Of a DNA stretch of 64,000 bases, positions 42,585-59,059 are shown piece by piece. Origin of the DNA: the human T2T-CHM13v2.0 reference genome, Homo sapiens; assembly GCF_009914755.1 (NCBI RefSeq), contig NC_060927.1, one strand, 5' to 3'. Under the pieces are notes generated by a model. The model had not been told where the DNA came from. It saw only the letters and a program-made list of their open reading frames with translations, and ran no database searches. Position 1 is the stretch's first letter, and the number at the start of each line of letters is the position of its first letter. The translations under genes and the position numbers were made by a program.

Positions 42585-43072
42585 TGAGGGAAGAGAGAGA
42601 CCTTCTCATATTGTTTTACATTGTTTCATACTCAGTACCTATTTTAAGAAGAAACAAGGAAGTGAAACCAAAGGCAGGCAGCCCGGCACCAGGCACCAGA
42701 CCCAAAACCAGACCCGAAACCAGGCCTGGGCCTGCCTAGTAGCTAAAAATCAACTCATGCCTTAGCAACCGATGTTATCCATAGATTCCAGACATTGTAT
42801 GGAAGAACATTGTGAAACTCTCTGCTCTGTTCTGTTTCACTCTGACTACTGGTGCATGAAGCCCCTGTCATGTACCCCCTAGATTGCTCAAATCAGTCAC
42901 GACCCTTTCATGTGAAATCTTTAGTGTTGTAAGCCCTTAAAAGGGACAGAAATTGTGCACTTGGGGAGCTCGGATTTTAAGATGGTAGCTTGCCGATGCT
43001 CCCAGCTGAATAAAGCCCTTCCTTCTACAACTTGGTGTCTGAGGGGTTTTGTCTGCGGCTTGTCCTGCTACA
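42585..43072 (+). mobile_element. LTR15-like (HERV15 group) solo LTR
   Basis: TGAGGGAAGAGAGAGACC.TCTCATATTGTTTTA start and GTCCTGCTACA end; AATAAA present. Perfect 4-bp TSD ATAG at 42581-42584 and 43073-43076. Confidence 0.8.
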
Positions 43073-43094
43073 ATAGCTCAAGAAAGCAAAGTTG

Positions 43095-43405
<311 letters not shown>

Positions 43406-43969
43406 AAGAAAGCAAAGACATTAATTGTTAGGCAATGAAGGCTGAGATAACAAAGGCAATTTTTTTTTGAGAACCTACACATTTGGAAAAACAGACATTT
43501 CAGGTTCCCAGCCTAGTATATGTCTGGCAAATATGCCCTCCTGGGTAGTGAAGACCAGAAAATAAATTTGGGGATTACAAAGCCAAGTTTCTCAAGACAC
43601 AAAAACAAGATGAAAGGAGAAGCTTATTATGGTTTTTCTCCTTATACCAAACCACACAAAGGACAGAGACAAGAAAAACAAGGACCATTTTTGGATGTTT
43701 AAAGATTAATTATCAATAGGTATAAAACAAGTCCACAAGGGACACAAATTTAAAGAACTAACTTTTAAAAATATTTTCTCTCCTTTAAATTTAGAAAGAA
43801 GGAAACACGAAAATGGAGTTTCACCACTCACCTGACTAGTCCTAAGGCAGAAACCCAAGGAGGATTACTGGTAAGAAATTTCTTAACTTTTTCTTTCTTT
43901 TTGCTGGTGTCTGTCAGTTTCCGTGGTTTCTGGCTGCAGCCTCGGGTGTGGGCAGAGTGATTTGCTATA

Positions 43970-43987
43970 ATCCTGCCAAAGATACCA
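43970..43987 (-). promoter_or_regulatory. Degenerate retroviral primer-binding site, tRNA-Ser-like
   Basis: Minus strand reads TGGTATCTTTGGCAGGAT 4 nt after the 5' LTR end; 13/18 match to the recalled Ser PBS TGGCGTAGTCGGCAGGAT, with 3 of 5 mismatches at CpG positions. Confidence 0.5.
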
Positions 43988-44783
43988 AAACTGTAGAGAA
44001 GTTCAAATTTTCCCCCGAATGTTGAAGTCTGAGTCTGCTGAAATGAATTGACAATAGACAGATTAACAGGAGAAAAGGGATACAGATTTATCAATGTGCA
44101 CATGGACACGAGAGGTCTATGAATATGAGACTGAAAGAAGAGCCAAATGACAAAGTTTTTATATTTTATAGAAAGAAATTGAGGCTTGGAGCATGGTGAC
44201 AGGTTATGGGTGAGAGATGGGGAAAAAAGACTTGGTGACAAAGGCTGTCTTTTTATGCAGTTGAAGCCTCACAGGTAGCAGCCCTCAGAGTAGACAGCAG
44301 TCTTTGGTAAAAGTTTCACTGTCAGGACTTTGTAAGTGTTAACGTTTTCATCTCCTTTTCTTGTGAGTTAATTTTTCCAAGATCCAGATAAGAATACCTT
44401 AATAAAAAGCCTCTGCATTTGCTATTTACTTTACTAATGAAAGTTTTCTCTACAGATGCAAATCTCCCCCACAAAGGATAGCTTCCAGAGCCATACTTGT
44501 GTCTGCAGTCCTTCTGAATAGCCATTTCAAAATATGCCAGAGAATTATATTTCGAGATGGCATATTTTAATTTTATTCTCTCTATATGATTATTAATCAC
44601 TTTTTATGTTTAAAAAATGAAAAGCAACATAACAAGATTGTAAGTAAGTACATTTTAAAATCTTTTGGAATACAAAAACTTATAACTCAACTTTAAAAAA
44701 ATTAATTTAAATTCATAAAATTTAATCATAACTTAAAGTTATGATTTAAACTTAAAGTTAAGTTTTAAAACTTAAAAATATCT

Positions 44784-45122
<339 letters not shown>

Positions 45123-47362
45123 TTAAAAACATAAAATGTTATGTCTGTGATAGTTCAGAGTGTGAGTGAATGAGACAGCTAGGAAATTTAATACTAATAC
45201 GCAATAAATATCATTTTAAAAAATAAAATAGATGTTTTCCACAGTCTATTCATTCCTATATTTTTTAAAATAGGATAATTTTTTTCCTACTTTGAAAGGA
45301 CTTCATATTTTTTACAAGTGAAAAATAATTGTATTTCAAGACATCTCATAAATGTATTAAGTTTAGGCTCAAAAAATGGGATAGCATTTGCTTTTGTATT
45401 TATGGTTGTGGTTCTTTAGTCAATAGATGATTTTAGCAGCACAATTCTTCCATAGTCACTCTTCATTGACATTATGGTTAATTATGATCTCCAGGACACA
45501 AGATGTCTACTTGCCAAAATGAGTTGAAGTTGACTCCTTTTGCCATCGTCCAATGCTTCATCTTTACTCCCCTGTCCACTCAGTGGAAGATGGAGGAAAG
45601 GGTTTATCAGGGTGTTGTTTACAACACAGTGTCATAAAGTGATTATTATCAATACTATTTCCTTTCACTTATTTTACCTTGTTTCTTTAGTAGTAGAGAT
45701 TATAAAATAAATTATCCTCAGATCAGAACCAGATGAAGAGAAATGGAATAGGTCAGTGGCTTAAGAAAATTACATTACAAAAATCTGAATTGCTTTTATT
45801 ATACATGAAGAGATTGTCTACCTTCAGTAAGTGAAATGAGAGGGCAAAAGACAACTTAAATTTTCAAGGTTTGGTTAGCCATGTGAGTGTGAGTGTGTGT
45901 GTGTGTTTGCACACACAACTAGGCACCACAAGTATCTCCACCACTACAAAGGAAAACCTTGTCTTAGAATAGTTTACCTTTAGTAATGTCAGAGCACTAA
46001 AGGCAATACACACTAGACTTAAGGGTGAGTGTGTGTTTGTGTGTGTAAATTAGATGCCAGATTTCAAATCGCATTGTTAGATCATGGTATTTTTTATCCA
46101 TATTTTATCTCCTAGGCATAAATTGTGTATTTATGTTATTCAACTCTCAATAGATCTTGGGATGATAGATCACAATAAATCTCAAAGTTTTCAATATGGA
46201 GAGGATTTATCTGCAATACGTGTTGCATTTTATTAGTGCTTTGCAGTACATTTCTGTCACTGGAGTAAAAATATTTTCAGTTCAGTAATTAAATAAGATA
46301 CGCTGCCTTAAGTTATGATAAATAATATATTTATTAATATCATTGTTTGTATATATAATTCTGCTTATAGATGCATGTGCTTAAATTCATATGCATATAA
46401 ATTTATGAATTAGGCCTACTTTATTAATTCACAAATAACTAGATTTTAAACGCAGTTTATATAAAATGATTTCTATGATGAGCACTTCTTTAAATTCAGA
46501 ACATAATTAGTAACTAAGTATCAGCTCCTTTTTACTTACTGGCATCTAGAAACTTTCATCGTGTAATGCGTATGATCCAATACTGATGGCAAACAATATC
46601 TCAATTATCTGTTTATTATTAGTTTCACTTTTTATGAAGTTTATACTCATTCCTAAGACATAAAATCAACATGCCATATAAGCTTGCATTTAATATCCAC
46701 TACCAATGTAGTATCTAGTACAACCCCAAGTGTACACATATGTGGACCTATAAATATGTAATCACAAATCACCACATCAAGAAATAGTCTCTCCTCACTG
46801 TATCTTTAGGGAAATCTTGGATACAGGCAATTGTAAAATGCAGTATTTCACTGTTATGATATAATCAGATGACTAGATTAAATGATGATAAAATGCAGTC
46901 ATATGTAATGTTTTTTAAGTGTACAAAAAATTCAAAAGCATTATTTTTTCCCAATATTACTCTACCTATTAGTGTTGCTACTGACAAGACAGTAAGTTAG
47001 CTGTGTGAAGGCTATCTGAAATCCCTTCTGGTATCCTAATTTTATTCCATATATATGGATTAACATACTATTCTTTACTCCTTATAAAAAGGCATAATGA
47101 TAAAGTAAAAATAACCTCAGTTCTACTTACATATCTGTTCCAGTGAAGCCCTGCAAGAAAGTAAAATAGAAGTCTTTACTTCATAGATTTTTTAAGATAA
47201 TGTGCATAACTAACAAGTTGCCAGAAAACCATGATGGCATGATCAATGCTCTTTGGACTTCAGAGACACAGAATCATTTTTATCAAATTAATGCATCAGG
47301 CAACAAAAGCATTCTAAGAGAAACTAAAGTATTAGCAAGAAAGAAAAAAAATCTAACCTCAA

Positions 47363-47533
47363 GGCAGGCTTCAGGGGCAGGTGATATGGGCAGTCACACA
47401 GAGCCCAATGCTTAGAGAGGCCCTTGCTTGTTAAATGCTCTGCTGTCACAATCTGAAATGCTTAAAAATTATTGAACAAGTGCTTTCCATTTGTATATTT
47501 CACTGGCCTGTGCAGATTAGGTACCCAGTTCCG
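47363..47533. mobile_element. MER45A-like hAT-Tip100 element
   Basis: GCAGGCTTCAGGGGC..CAGTCACACAGAGCCC..TTAAATGCTCTGCTGTCAC, about 170 bp. Confidence 0.6.
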
Positions 47534-47594
47534 TCTAACCTCTAAAGAAAATCAGCAACTTTACATAGAGCCCTTAGTTAGCAGATTATTCTAA

Positions 47595-48327
47595 TGAAAT
47601 TGCCTTGGCAAAAATTGTAAGAGTGAGAAAAGTATGACAGTAAAAGGGATGTGACCTAACTGACTCATCTTGCATCTAACCTCTATGCTGCCCTTGTTCA
47701 TTCCTGGGCATATGCTGAACTAACTTTGGGAGAAATTTAGTTTATAGTTTAACTTTGAAACAAAGATGATAACAGCCCTTTCCCAAAAGAAACTGCCTTT
47801 TTGCATGGGAACCAGACTGCCTTTGTAAAATTAACAAATTAGCCACAAAGTTAGAAGTTACGGTTCAGGGGTTATGCAGCCAGAAGCCACAGCATCACTC
47901 ACTTCCCCAAATGCTCCTATAGATAACATTACTATGATAAAACCTGAGATTAGTGTTTGAAGTATTTTTCAAACCCTACACTTGATGGATCAGCTGGCAC
48001 CACCGAGATGGATAAACTGGCTCACTCATCTGGTCTTGTGGCCCCTATCCAGGAACCAACTCAGTGCAAGAGGACCGCTTCAACTTTGTATGATCTCTCC
48101 GACCCAACCGATCACCACTCCCTACTCAATGCCCCCATACCCACCAAGTTATCCTTAAAAAAACCCAATTTCCAAATTTTTGGAGAGACTGATTTGAGTA
48201 ACAAAACTCCAGTCTCCTGTTCAGCTGGCTCTGCGTGAATTAAACTCTTTCTCTATTGCAATTCCTCTGTCTTGATAAATCAGCTCTAACTGGGCAGCAA
48301 GCAAGGAGAGCCCATTGGGAAGTTACA
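47595..48327 (+). mobile_element. LTR8-family solo LTR (LTR8B-like)
   Basis: TGAAATTGCCTTGGCAAAA...GGGAAGTTACA termini. Perfect 4-bp TSD CTAA at 47591-47594 and 48328-48331. Confidence 0.85.
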
Positions 48328-48574
48328 CTAAGGGCCATTTGATAGATGTGTCAGTTGTTTCATTCTTGTTCTACATTTTCACCTTGAACCTTCCTTCATC
48401 CAAAATATTTCAAACCTCTCCTTTAAGCTGGAGCATAGCAAGAAAAATATATCTTAGTTATCATTATAAACTCAATGCCCAGCACATAAATAGTACCCAT
48501 TAATTAAATGCTTGCTTAATTGAATTGATTGTTATAGTGTTTACAGAGTATTTATTAGAAATAATAATTGTGTT

Positions 48575-49775
<1,201 letters not shown>

Positions 49776-49848
49776 TTAAACTGAGGCAAAAATAAAATTT
49801 AAAATTGAATAATCATTACTTCTCTCATATGAAAACTAATAATATACA

Positions 49849-50707
<859 letters not shown>

Positions 50708-51080
50708 TAAACATATCTACAAAAAATATTGTATAACTCAGGTTTTGAGAAAAAATATCTCTTGTTAACATCATTGAATTGTTTCTTGTGAGTTTAAACA
50801 AGCAGAGAAAATGTGTGCATTCCTGACAATAGCCTCATTATTATGCCTGTTTTTCTATATTACTTGAATCCCAAAATTTATGTGTTTCCTTCAACACATT
50901 CCTTCTTAAAAAAACTGGCTTAATAGACAGTTTTTGGTGAAAGTTGTTCCTTAAGTTTTTATGTATGTCAAAAAAGTTAACTCAATTTAAGATATGCTCA
51001 TCCAATCAATAGAAAAATATATTTATATTGACTGATCAATAGTATTGTTTTAAATGCCTAAGAATCAAAAGTGGAAAGTG

Positions 51081-54000
51081 AGGGCCAGGTGGCCAACTAG
51101 ACCCAGCCAGGTGGAACAGCTCTCGCTGGGGGACCAAGACAATTGGTGTGCTCCTAACAGATTTTCAAAGGGAAAACACTGAGTGTGGACAAAAGGAAGA
51201 CATAGAAGCTGGGCTGAAGGGGGAAGAAGCTGGGGACCCTATATGGGGCTATCACACACCTGGACTCCTTCCTGGCTCCCAACAGCTTCAGGGGAATGGG
51301 TGATTTGAACTGGCAAGGAGTTTCCTACTCTTGCCATGGGCCTCTGGAACTCCAGCAGGAGGAGACCTGTTGACCACCATGGACACTGGAGTTGGCAGGG
51401 AGAGCTGCTTAGAGAAGTGGTAGGGGCAGCAAGCTAGCTGACTGGAGCCCAGAGGGTGGGATGTAGAAGTGTCTCTAACAGAGCATGGCCAGGGACAGCC
51501 ATCCTCCTAGGCTCGACTTGCACCCATAAGAGATTTTAGCCCTAGGGGAGCTGTCGGTCCCGAACTTTGAGGGCAGTCTTGCCCATCAGACAGGGTCAGT
51601 CCGACCTGAGAATTCCTTGGTCTGCTGGCCCCTTCCAGGGCGCCAGCCTAGCTATGCCTAGGTGCAGGGCAGCCTCGTGTGCCCTAGGGGCCCACACCAT
51701 AACTTTTGTGCTGGTGGACCATGCCTGACTGGCAGAGAGCCTCAGTGGGGCAGCCTCCATGGCCATGCACTAGCCTGTACGCTCCCTCTCCATACTGCAG
51801 CTTCCCCCAGGCTCAGGGCAACTCCCCGCATCTCATTGCTGATATGTGTCTCCACGGGCTGGCTTTGCTTTCCTCACCCTCTCAGCGCACAGGAGTGCAG
51901 TCCATCCTGTTCCATGCTGAATGCCATTGCAGACAGAGCCTTGGTGGGCACAGAGCCCACCCCCTGCAGTGCCCTGCCCTGTAGCTAACACTGTATAGAG
52001 AACAGTAGATCCTCCCTTGCCCTGAGTGACTACTCCTGCTTGCAGGGCACAGAGACAGCACCCAGACCTGTGCCCACCAGCATAACACCACCTCTAGCAT
52101 GACCATATACACAGTTGCCAGAAGGGGCCCCTTGGTCTGCCCTCTCCCCTGGCATTGTGGTGAATGCCTGCAGGGAGGGAGGCAACCAATAGCATGCTAC
52201 TACAGCTCCTGCTACCCCTGCTGACATGTGACAATAAGAACAGATCCTGCTGCCACCAAAATACGAAACGTTTTGGCTGACATAACCCATCAGAGTGTAC
52301 TGCCCAGGAGATCAGGAGCACCTTCAATCCCCAGCGCAGTGGATTCCTAACAATCAGGAGACAGAGAACAAAGCCAGGGCCAAATACAAGTCCTACAGAA
52401 TTACAGCAGGCAGTCCAGGAGCTGGGAACTGAGCATTGGCCCCATAAAATCTTGTAGAATTGAAGCCAGTCAGCTGCTACATTCATGTTATACCAAAATG
52501 AAACCCTCAAAGTCATCAAATAGTATAAAAGATAAAAAAAAAAAAGCCCATCCAAAGGTCCACAACCTCAAAAATTGAAGGAAGATAAGCCCACAGGAAA
52601 GAGAAAGGATCAGTTCAAGAACGCTGACAACACAAAAAGCTGCCGCACCTCCTTTCCTCCAAATAACCGCATCACCTCTCTAGCAAGGGTTCTGAACCAG
52701 GCTGCAATGGCTGAAATAACAGAAACAGAATTCAGAATATGGATAGGAACAATGATTACTGAGCTACAGGAGTACGTTAAAACCCAATCAAAGGAAGCTA
52801 AAACTCATGAGAAAACAATGCAGGGGCTGACAGACAAAATGGCCACTATAGAAAAGAATGGAACCAACCTGATAAAGCTGCAAATGAACTACAAAAATTT
52901 CATAATGCAATCACAATATTAACAACAAATTATAATAAGTAGGAAACAATTCTCAGAGTTTTAAGACTGGCTTTCTGAAATAAGACAGTGATACAAGAAT
53001 AGGGGAAAAAATGGAAAGGAAAGAACAAAACATTTGAGAAATATGGTATTATGTAAAGAGACAAAATCTATGACTGATTAGTCTACCTGAAAGAGATGAG
53101 GAAAGTGTAACCAACTTGAAAAACATATTTCAGGATGTCATCCATGAGAACATCCCCACTCTACGTAGAGATGCCAACATTAAAATTCAGCAAATGCAGT
53201 GAACACCAGAAAGATATTTTACAAGAAGATCATCTCCAAGACATATAATCCTGAGATGCTCTGCAGTCAAAATGAAAGAAAAAAATGTTAAATGCAGCTA
53301 AAGAGAAAAGTCAGGTCACCTGCAAAGGGAGGCCCACCAGATTAACAGCAGATCTCTCAGCAGAAACCCTATAAGCCAGAAGAGATTGAGGACCAATATA
53401 CAATATTCTTAAAGAAAAAAAATTCCAACCCAGAATTTTATATCCAGCCAAACTAAGCTTCCTAAGTGAAGGGAAAATGAGATCCTTTTCAGACAAGCAA
53501 ATGCTGAGGGAATTTATTACCCCCGGATCTGAAAGAAGCTCTCAAAGGAAGCTTCAAGAGCACCTTAAGGAAGCACTAAATGTGGAAAGGAAAGACCATT
53601 ACTAGCCATTACAAAAACACACTGAATACACAGACCAGGGACACTATGAAGCAACCACATAAACAAGTCTGCAAAATAACCAGCTAACATGATGACAGGA
53701 TCAAATCTACACATATTAATACTAGCCTTGAATGTAAATGTCCTAAATGCCCCAATTAAAAGGCACAGAGTGGCAAGCTGGATGAGGAACCAAGACCTGT
53801 TGGTATGCTATCTTTAAAGACCCTTCTCACATGCAATGACATACATAGCCTTAAAATAAAGAGATGGAGAAAAATCTACCAAGCAAATGGAAAACAGAAA
53901 AAAGCAGGGGTTGCAATTCTAGTTTCTGACAAAACAGACTTTAAACCAACAACATCAACAAAGACAAAGAAGAGCATTACAGAATGGTAAAGGGTTCAAT

Positions 54001-56787
54001 TCATCAAGAAGATATAACTATCCTAAATACATATGCATCCAACACACAGGAGCTCCATAAAACAAGTTCTTAAAGACCTTCAAAGAGACTTAGACTCTCA
54101 CACAATAACAGTGGGAGACTTTAACACCCCACTGACAATATTAGACAGATTATCAAGAAAGAAAATTAACAAAGATATTCAGGACATAAACCCAGCATTG
54201 AATCAAATGGAGCTTATAGACATCTATAGAACTCTCCACCCCCAAGCAACAGAATATACATTCTTCTCATCACCACATGGCACATACTCTAAAAGCAATC
54301 ATGTAATTGGACGTAAAACACTCCTCAGAAAATGCAAGAGGACTGAAATCATAAACAAACTCTTGGACCACAGTGCAATTAAATAAGAAATTAAGACCCA
54401 AAAATTTACTCAAAATCATACAGTTATATGGAAATTGAATAATCTGCTCTTGAGTTTACCTTTGGGTAAATAATAAAGCAGAATTCAAGAAGTTCTTTGA
54501 AACTAATGAGAAGAGAGATGCAACATACCAGAATCTCTGGGACACAGCTAGGGCAGGATTAAGAGGGAAACTTATAGCACTAAATGCTCACATCAAAAAG
54601 TTAGAAAGATCTCAGTTAGATTAACAACCTAATATCACAACTAAAAGAACCAAAGTACCAGCACCAAACCGATCCCAAAGCTTGCAGAAGACAAGAAATA
54701 ACCAAAATTAGAGCTGGACTGAAGGAGATAGAGAAACACAACCATTTTGAAAGATCAATGAATCTAGGAGATGGTTTTTTTAAATTAATAAAATAGACCA
54801 TTAGCTACACTAATAAAAAAGAAAAGAGAGAAGATTCAAATAAACACAATCAGAAATGGGAAGGGGAATAGTACCACTGACACCAAAGAAATACAAATAG
54901 TCATCAGAAAATATTATGAGCACCTCTATGCACATAAACTCAAAATTCCAGAAGAAATTGATAAATTGCTGGACACATACACCATCCCAAGACTGAACCA
55001 GGAGGAAATTGAATCCCCAAACAGACCAAGAACAAGCGCTGAAATTGAGTCAGTAATAAATATTCTACTAACCAAAAATTAGCTGAAGACCAGATAATTT
55101 CACAGCTGAATTCTTCCAGATGTACAAAGAAGAGCTAATGCCATTTGTACTGAAAATATTCCAAAAAAATGAGGAGGGACTCCTTCCTAACTCATTCTAT
55201 GAGGCCAGCATCATCCTGATACCAAAATCTGGCAGAGACACAATAAGAAAATAAAACTTCAGGCCAGTATCCTTAATGAACATTGATGCAAAAATCCTCA
55301 ACATAATGCTGGCAAACCAAATCCAGCAGCATATCAAAAAGATGATTCACCACAATCAAGTAGGCATTATCCATGGGATGCAAGGTTGGTTCAAAATACA
55401 CGAATCAATGAATGTGATTCATCACATTAACAGAACTAAAGACAAAAACCACATGATTATCTCAATAGAGGCAGAAAAGCCTTTTGATAAAATTTGCCAC
55501 ACATTCATGTTAAGAGCTCTCAATAAACTAAGTGTTGAAGGAACATAACTCAAAATAATAAAAGCCATCCATGACAAACCCACAGTCAACATTACACTGA
55601 ATGAGCAAAACCTGGACGCATCCAACTGGCAAAGACCAGGATGCCCTCTTTCACCACTCCTATTCAACATAGTATTGGAAGTCCTGGCCAGGACAATCAG
55701 GCAAGAGAAAAAAATAATGGGCATCCAAATAGGAAGAAAGAAAGTTAAACTATCTCTGTTTTCAGATGATAAGATCCTATATCTAGAAAACCGCATAGTC
55801 TCAGCCCCAAATCTCAAGCTGATAAACAACTTCAGCAAAGTTTCAAGATACAAAGTCTATGTACAAAAATCACTAACAGTCCTATACACCAACAATACTC
55901 AAGCAAGAGAGCCAAAGTAGGAATGCTATCCAATTCACAATTGCCACACAAAAAAATAAAATACCACAGGAATACAGCTAACCAGGGAAGTCAAAGATCT
56001 CTATAAGGAGAGTTATGAAATACTCCTCAGAGAAATCAGAGATGATACAAACACATGGAAAAATATTCCATGCTCATAGATAGGAAGAATCAATATCATT
56101 AAAATGGCGAGACTGCCCATAGCAATTTATAGATTTAGATTCAATGCTATTTCTATTAAACTGCCAATGCCATTCTTCACAGAACTAGAAAAAGTTATTT
56201 TACAATCCATATGAACCAAAAAAGTGTCCAAATAACCAAGGCAATCCTAAACAAAAAGAACAAGGCTGGAGGCATCATCTACTCAACTTCAAAGTATGCT
56301 ACAAGGCTACAGTCACCAAAACAGTATGGTATTGGCACAAAAATAGACATAGAGACCAATGGAACAGAATAGAGAACCCAGAAATAAGGCTACACACCTA
56401 CAACTCTCTGATCCTTAAACAAGCTGACAAAAACATCACTGGGGAAAGGACTCCCTATTCAATAAATGGTGCTGGGATAATTGGCTAGCTATATGCAGAA
56501 GAATGAAACTTGACCCCTTCCTTACACCATATACAAAAATTAACTCAAAGTGAGTTAAAGACTTAAATATAAAACCCAAAACTATAAAAACCCTGGAAGA
56601 CAACCTAGGCCATACCATTCTGGACATAAGAAAACACAAAGATTTCATGACAAAGACACCAAAAGCAATTGCAACAAAGCAAAAACTGACAAATGGGATC
56701 TGATTCAACTAAAGAGCTTCTGGACATCAGAGGAAACTATCAACAGAGTGAACAAACATCCTGCAGAATGGGAGAGAATATTTGCAA
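51081..56787 (+). mobile_element. Old L1PA (about PA13-16) with long GC-rich 5' UTR, decayed ORF1 and ORF2, 3' end missing
   Basis: ORF1p pieces (AEITETEFRIWIG..ELQE) and ORF2p pieces ([52 protein letters not shown]). L1 homology stops at GAATATTTGCAAA. Confidence 0.88.
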
Positions 56788-56967
56788 AAAAGTAAGTCCA
56801 TATGTAGAAATTTACCCTTACTCCAGAACTATGCAAAAAGACATAAGAATGCAATTACAGGTATGAGTTCTGCATGTTTCTTTGAAAAGGCTTCAAGTAT
56901 TAGAAATAAAATGATGGCATAATAATACCTCTTCACGTTACCAACTAGTTATCCAAATACAAGCAAG

Positions 56968-58288
56968 TTGGGATAACTGGCTAGCCACATGCAGAAAATT
57001 GAAACTGGACCTCTTCTTTACACCACATACAAAAATCAACTCAAGATGGATTAATAACTTAAATGTAAAACCTAAAGCTATGAAGCCCTGAAAGATAACC
57101 TAGGAAATACCATTCTAGACATAGGCCCTGGCAGAAAATGTCAAAAGCAATTACAACAAAGACAAAAACTGACACATGGGACCTAATTAAACTAAAAAGC
57201 TTCTGCACAGCAAAAGAAACTATCAACAGAGTGAACAGACAACCTACAGAATGGGAGAAAATATTTGCAATCTATGCATCTGACAAAAGTCTAATATCCA
57301 GAATCTATAAGGAACTTAATTTACAAGTAAAAAAACAAACAACCCCATTAAAAAGTGAGCAGAGGACATGAACAGATACTTTTCAAAAGAAGACATACAT
57401 GTGGCCAACATGCGTAGAAAAAAAATGCACAACATCACTAATCATTAGAGAAAGTCAAATCAAAACCACAATGAGATACCATCTTACACCAGTCAGAATG
57501 GCTATTTTTAAAAAGTCAAAAATTAGCAGATGCTGGCAAAGTTGTGAAGAAAAAGGAACACTTATACACTGTTGGTGAGAATGTAAATTTGTTCAACCAC
57601 TGTGGAAGACACTGTGGCAATTTCTCAAAGACCCAGAACCAGAAATACTATTGGCTTCAGCAATCCCATTACTGGTTATATACCCAAAGGAATATAAATT
57701 GTTCTATTATAAAGACACATGCATGCATATGTTCACTGCAGCACTAGTCACAATAGCAAAAATATGGAATCAACCTAAATCCCCATCAGTGGTAGTCTGG
57801 ATAAAGAAAATGTGGTACATATACATTATGGAATACTTTACAGCCAGAAAAAAAAGAATAAATCATGTCCTTTGCAGGAACATGGATGGACACACATGTA
57901 TAATTTTATGATTTACATACATCTATAAAAATATATATACCTCTACAGCTTTTCACATATTTCTGTTCTGAAATTCAAAAAGAAATTAAACTGTCTCGGA
58001 CATAACATATTTGTCTGAAGAGCCATTTGGATCCAAGCCAATTAGGAAAATAATGGACAAATATCTGTCTACATCCATTATCCTTAGCGAACTAAAAAAG
58101 GAACAGAAAACCAAATACCACACATTCTCACTTATAAGTGGGAGATAACTGATGAGAACTCATGGACGCAAAGAGGGGAACAACAGACACTGAGGCCTAT
58201 TTGAGGGTGGAGGGTTGGGAGGGAGAGGATCAGGTAAAATAACTAATGGGTACTAGGCTCAACACCAGGGTGAAAAAATAATCTGTAT
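56968..58288 (+). mobile_element. Second, 5'-truncated old L1PA segment with a non-L1 insert (57891-58074) and clipped 3' end
   Basis: Restarts at TGGGATAACTGGCTAGCC, repeating about 310 bp of ORF2 already present at 56473-56787. 3' UTR stops at AATCTGTATA with no poly(A). Confidence 0.85.
57891..58074 (+). repeat. Dispersed direct-repeat copy of 59404-59587
   Basis: Colinear similarity from CACACATGTATAATTTTATGA to TATCTGT, with 39 bp identical (58024-58062 = 59535-59573). Confidence 0.9.
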
Positions 58289-58743
58289 AAATTGAATTAT
58301 TTAGTGTAGGTACTGTTAGTGCTCTACCTAAATTGAATTATTTAAAGTAGAAATTATAGCACACAGTTGTCTGAAAGCTAATCTGATATCATGTTTAAAG
58401 TATACATCCACATGTCCTAAAGTAAATTTTTGTTAATATTTTTTGTTATTTTGAACAAAGACGGTGCTTCTTATTATCAAGGAAGATTATTAATTTTTCT
58501 TTCTTAGAAATACATCAGTTGATCATTTTATAAGTAAAATTTCTAAAACATGGAATCAAATTATGTGTGGAGACTCTGATAGAGAAAACAGTGAAGTTAA
58601 CTGATTAAAGTAGAGTCAAACACATGGCATTGACATTATTAATACAATTTGTGAAAACTTGTCTAATACATTGGGCCATTATTTTTTTGAATGTGTATTT
58701 TATTTAATTCAAAATAAAAATACAATATATTAGTGGGATTTAG

Positions 58744-59059
<316 letters not shown>

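Noticed and set aside
56788-56860. Splice-donor-like GTAAGT and CAG|GTATGA in the L1 spacer
   Set aside because: Short motifs expected by chance; no supporting exon structure.
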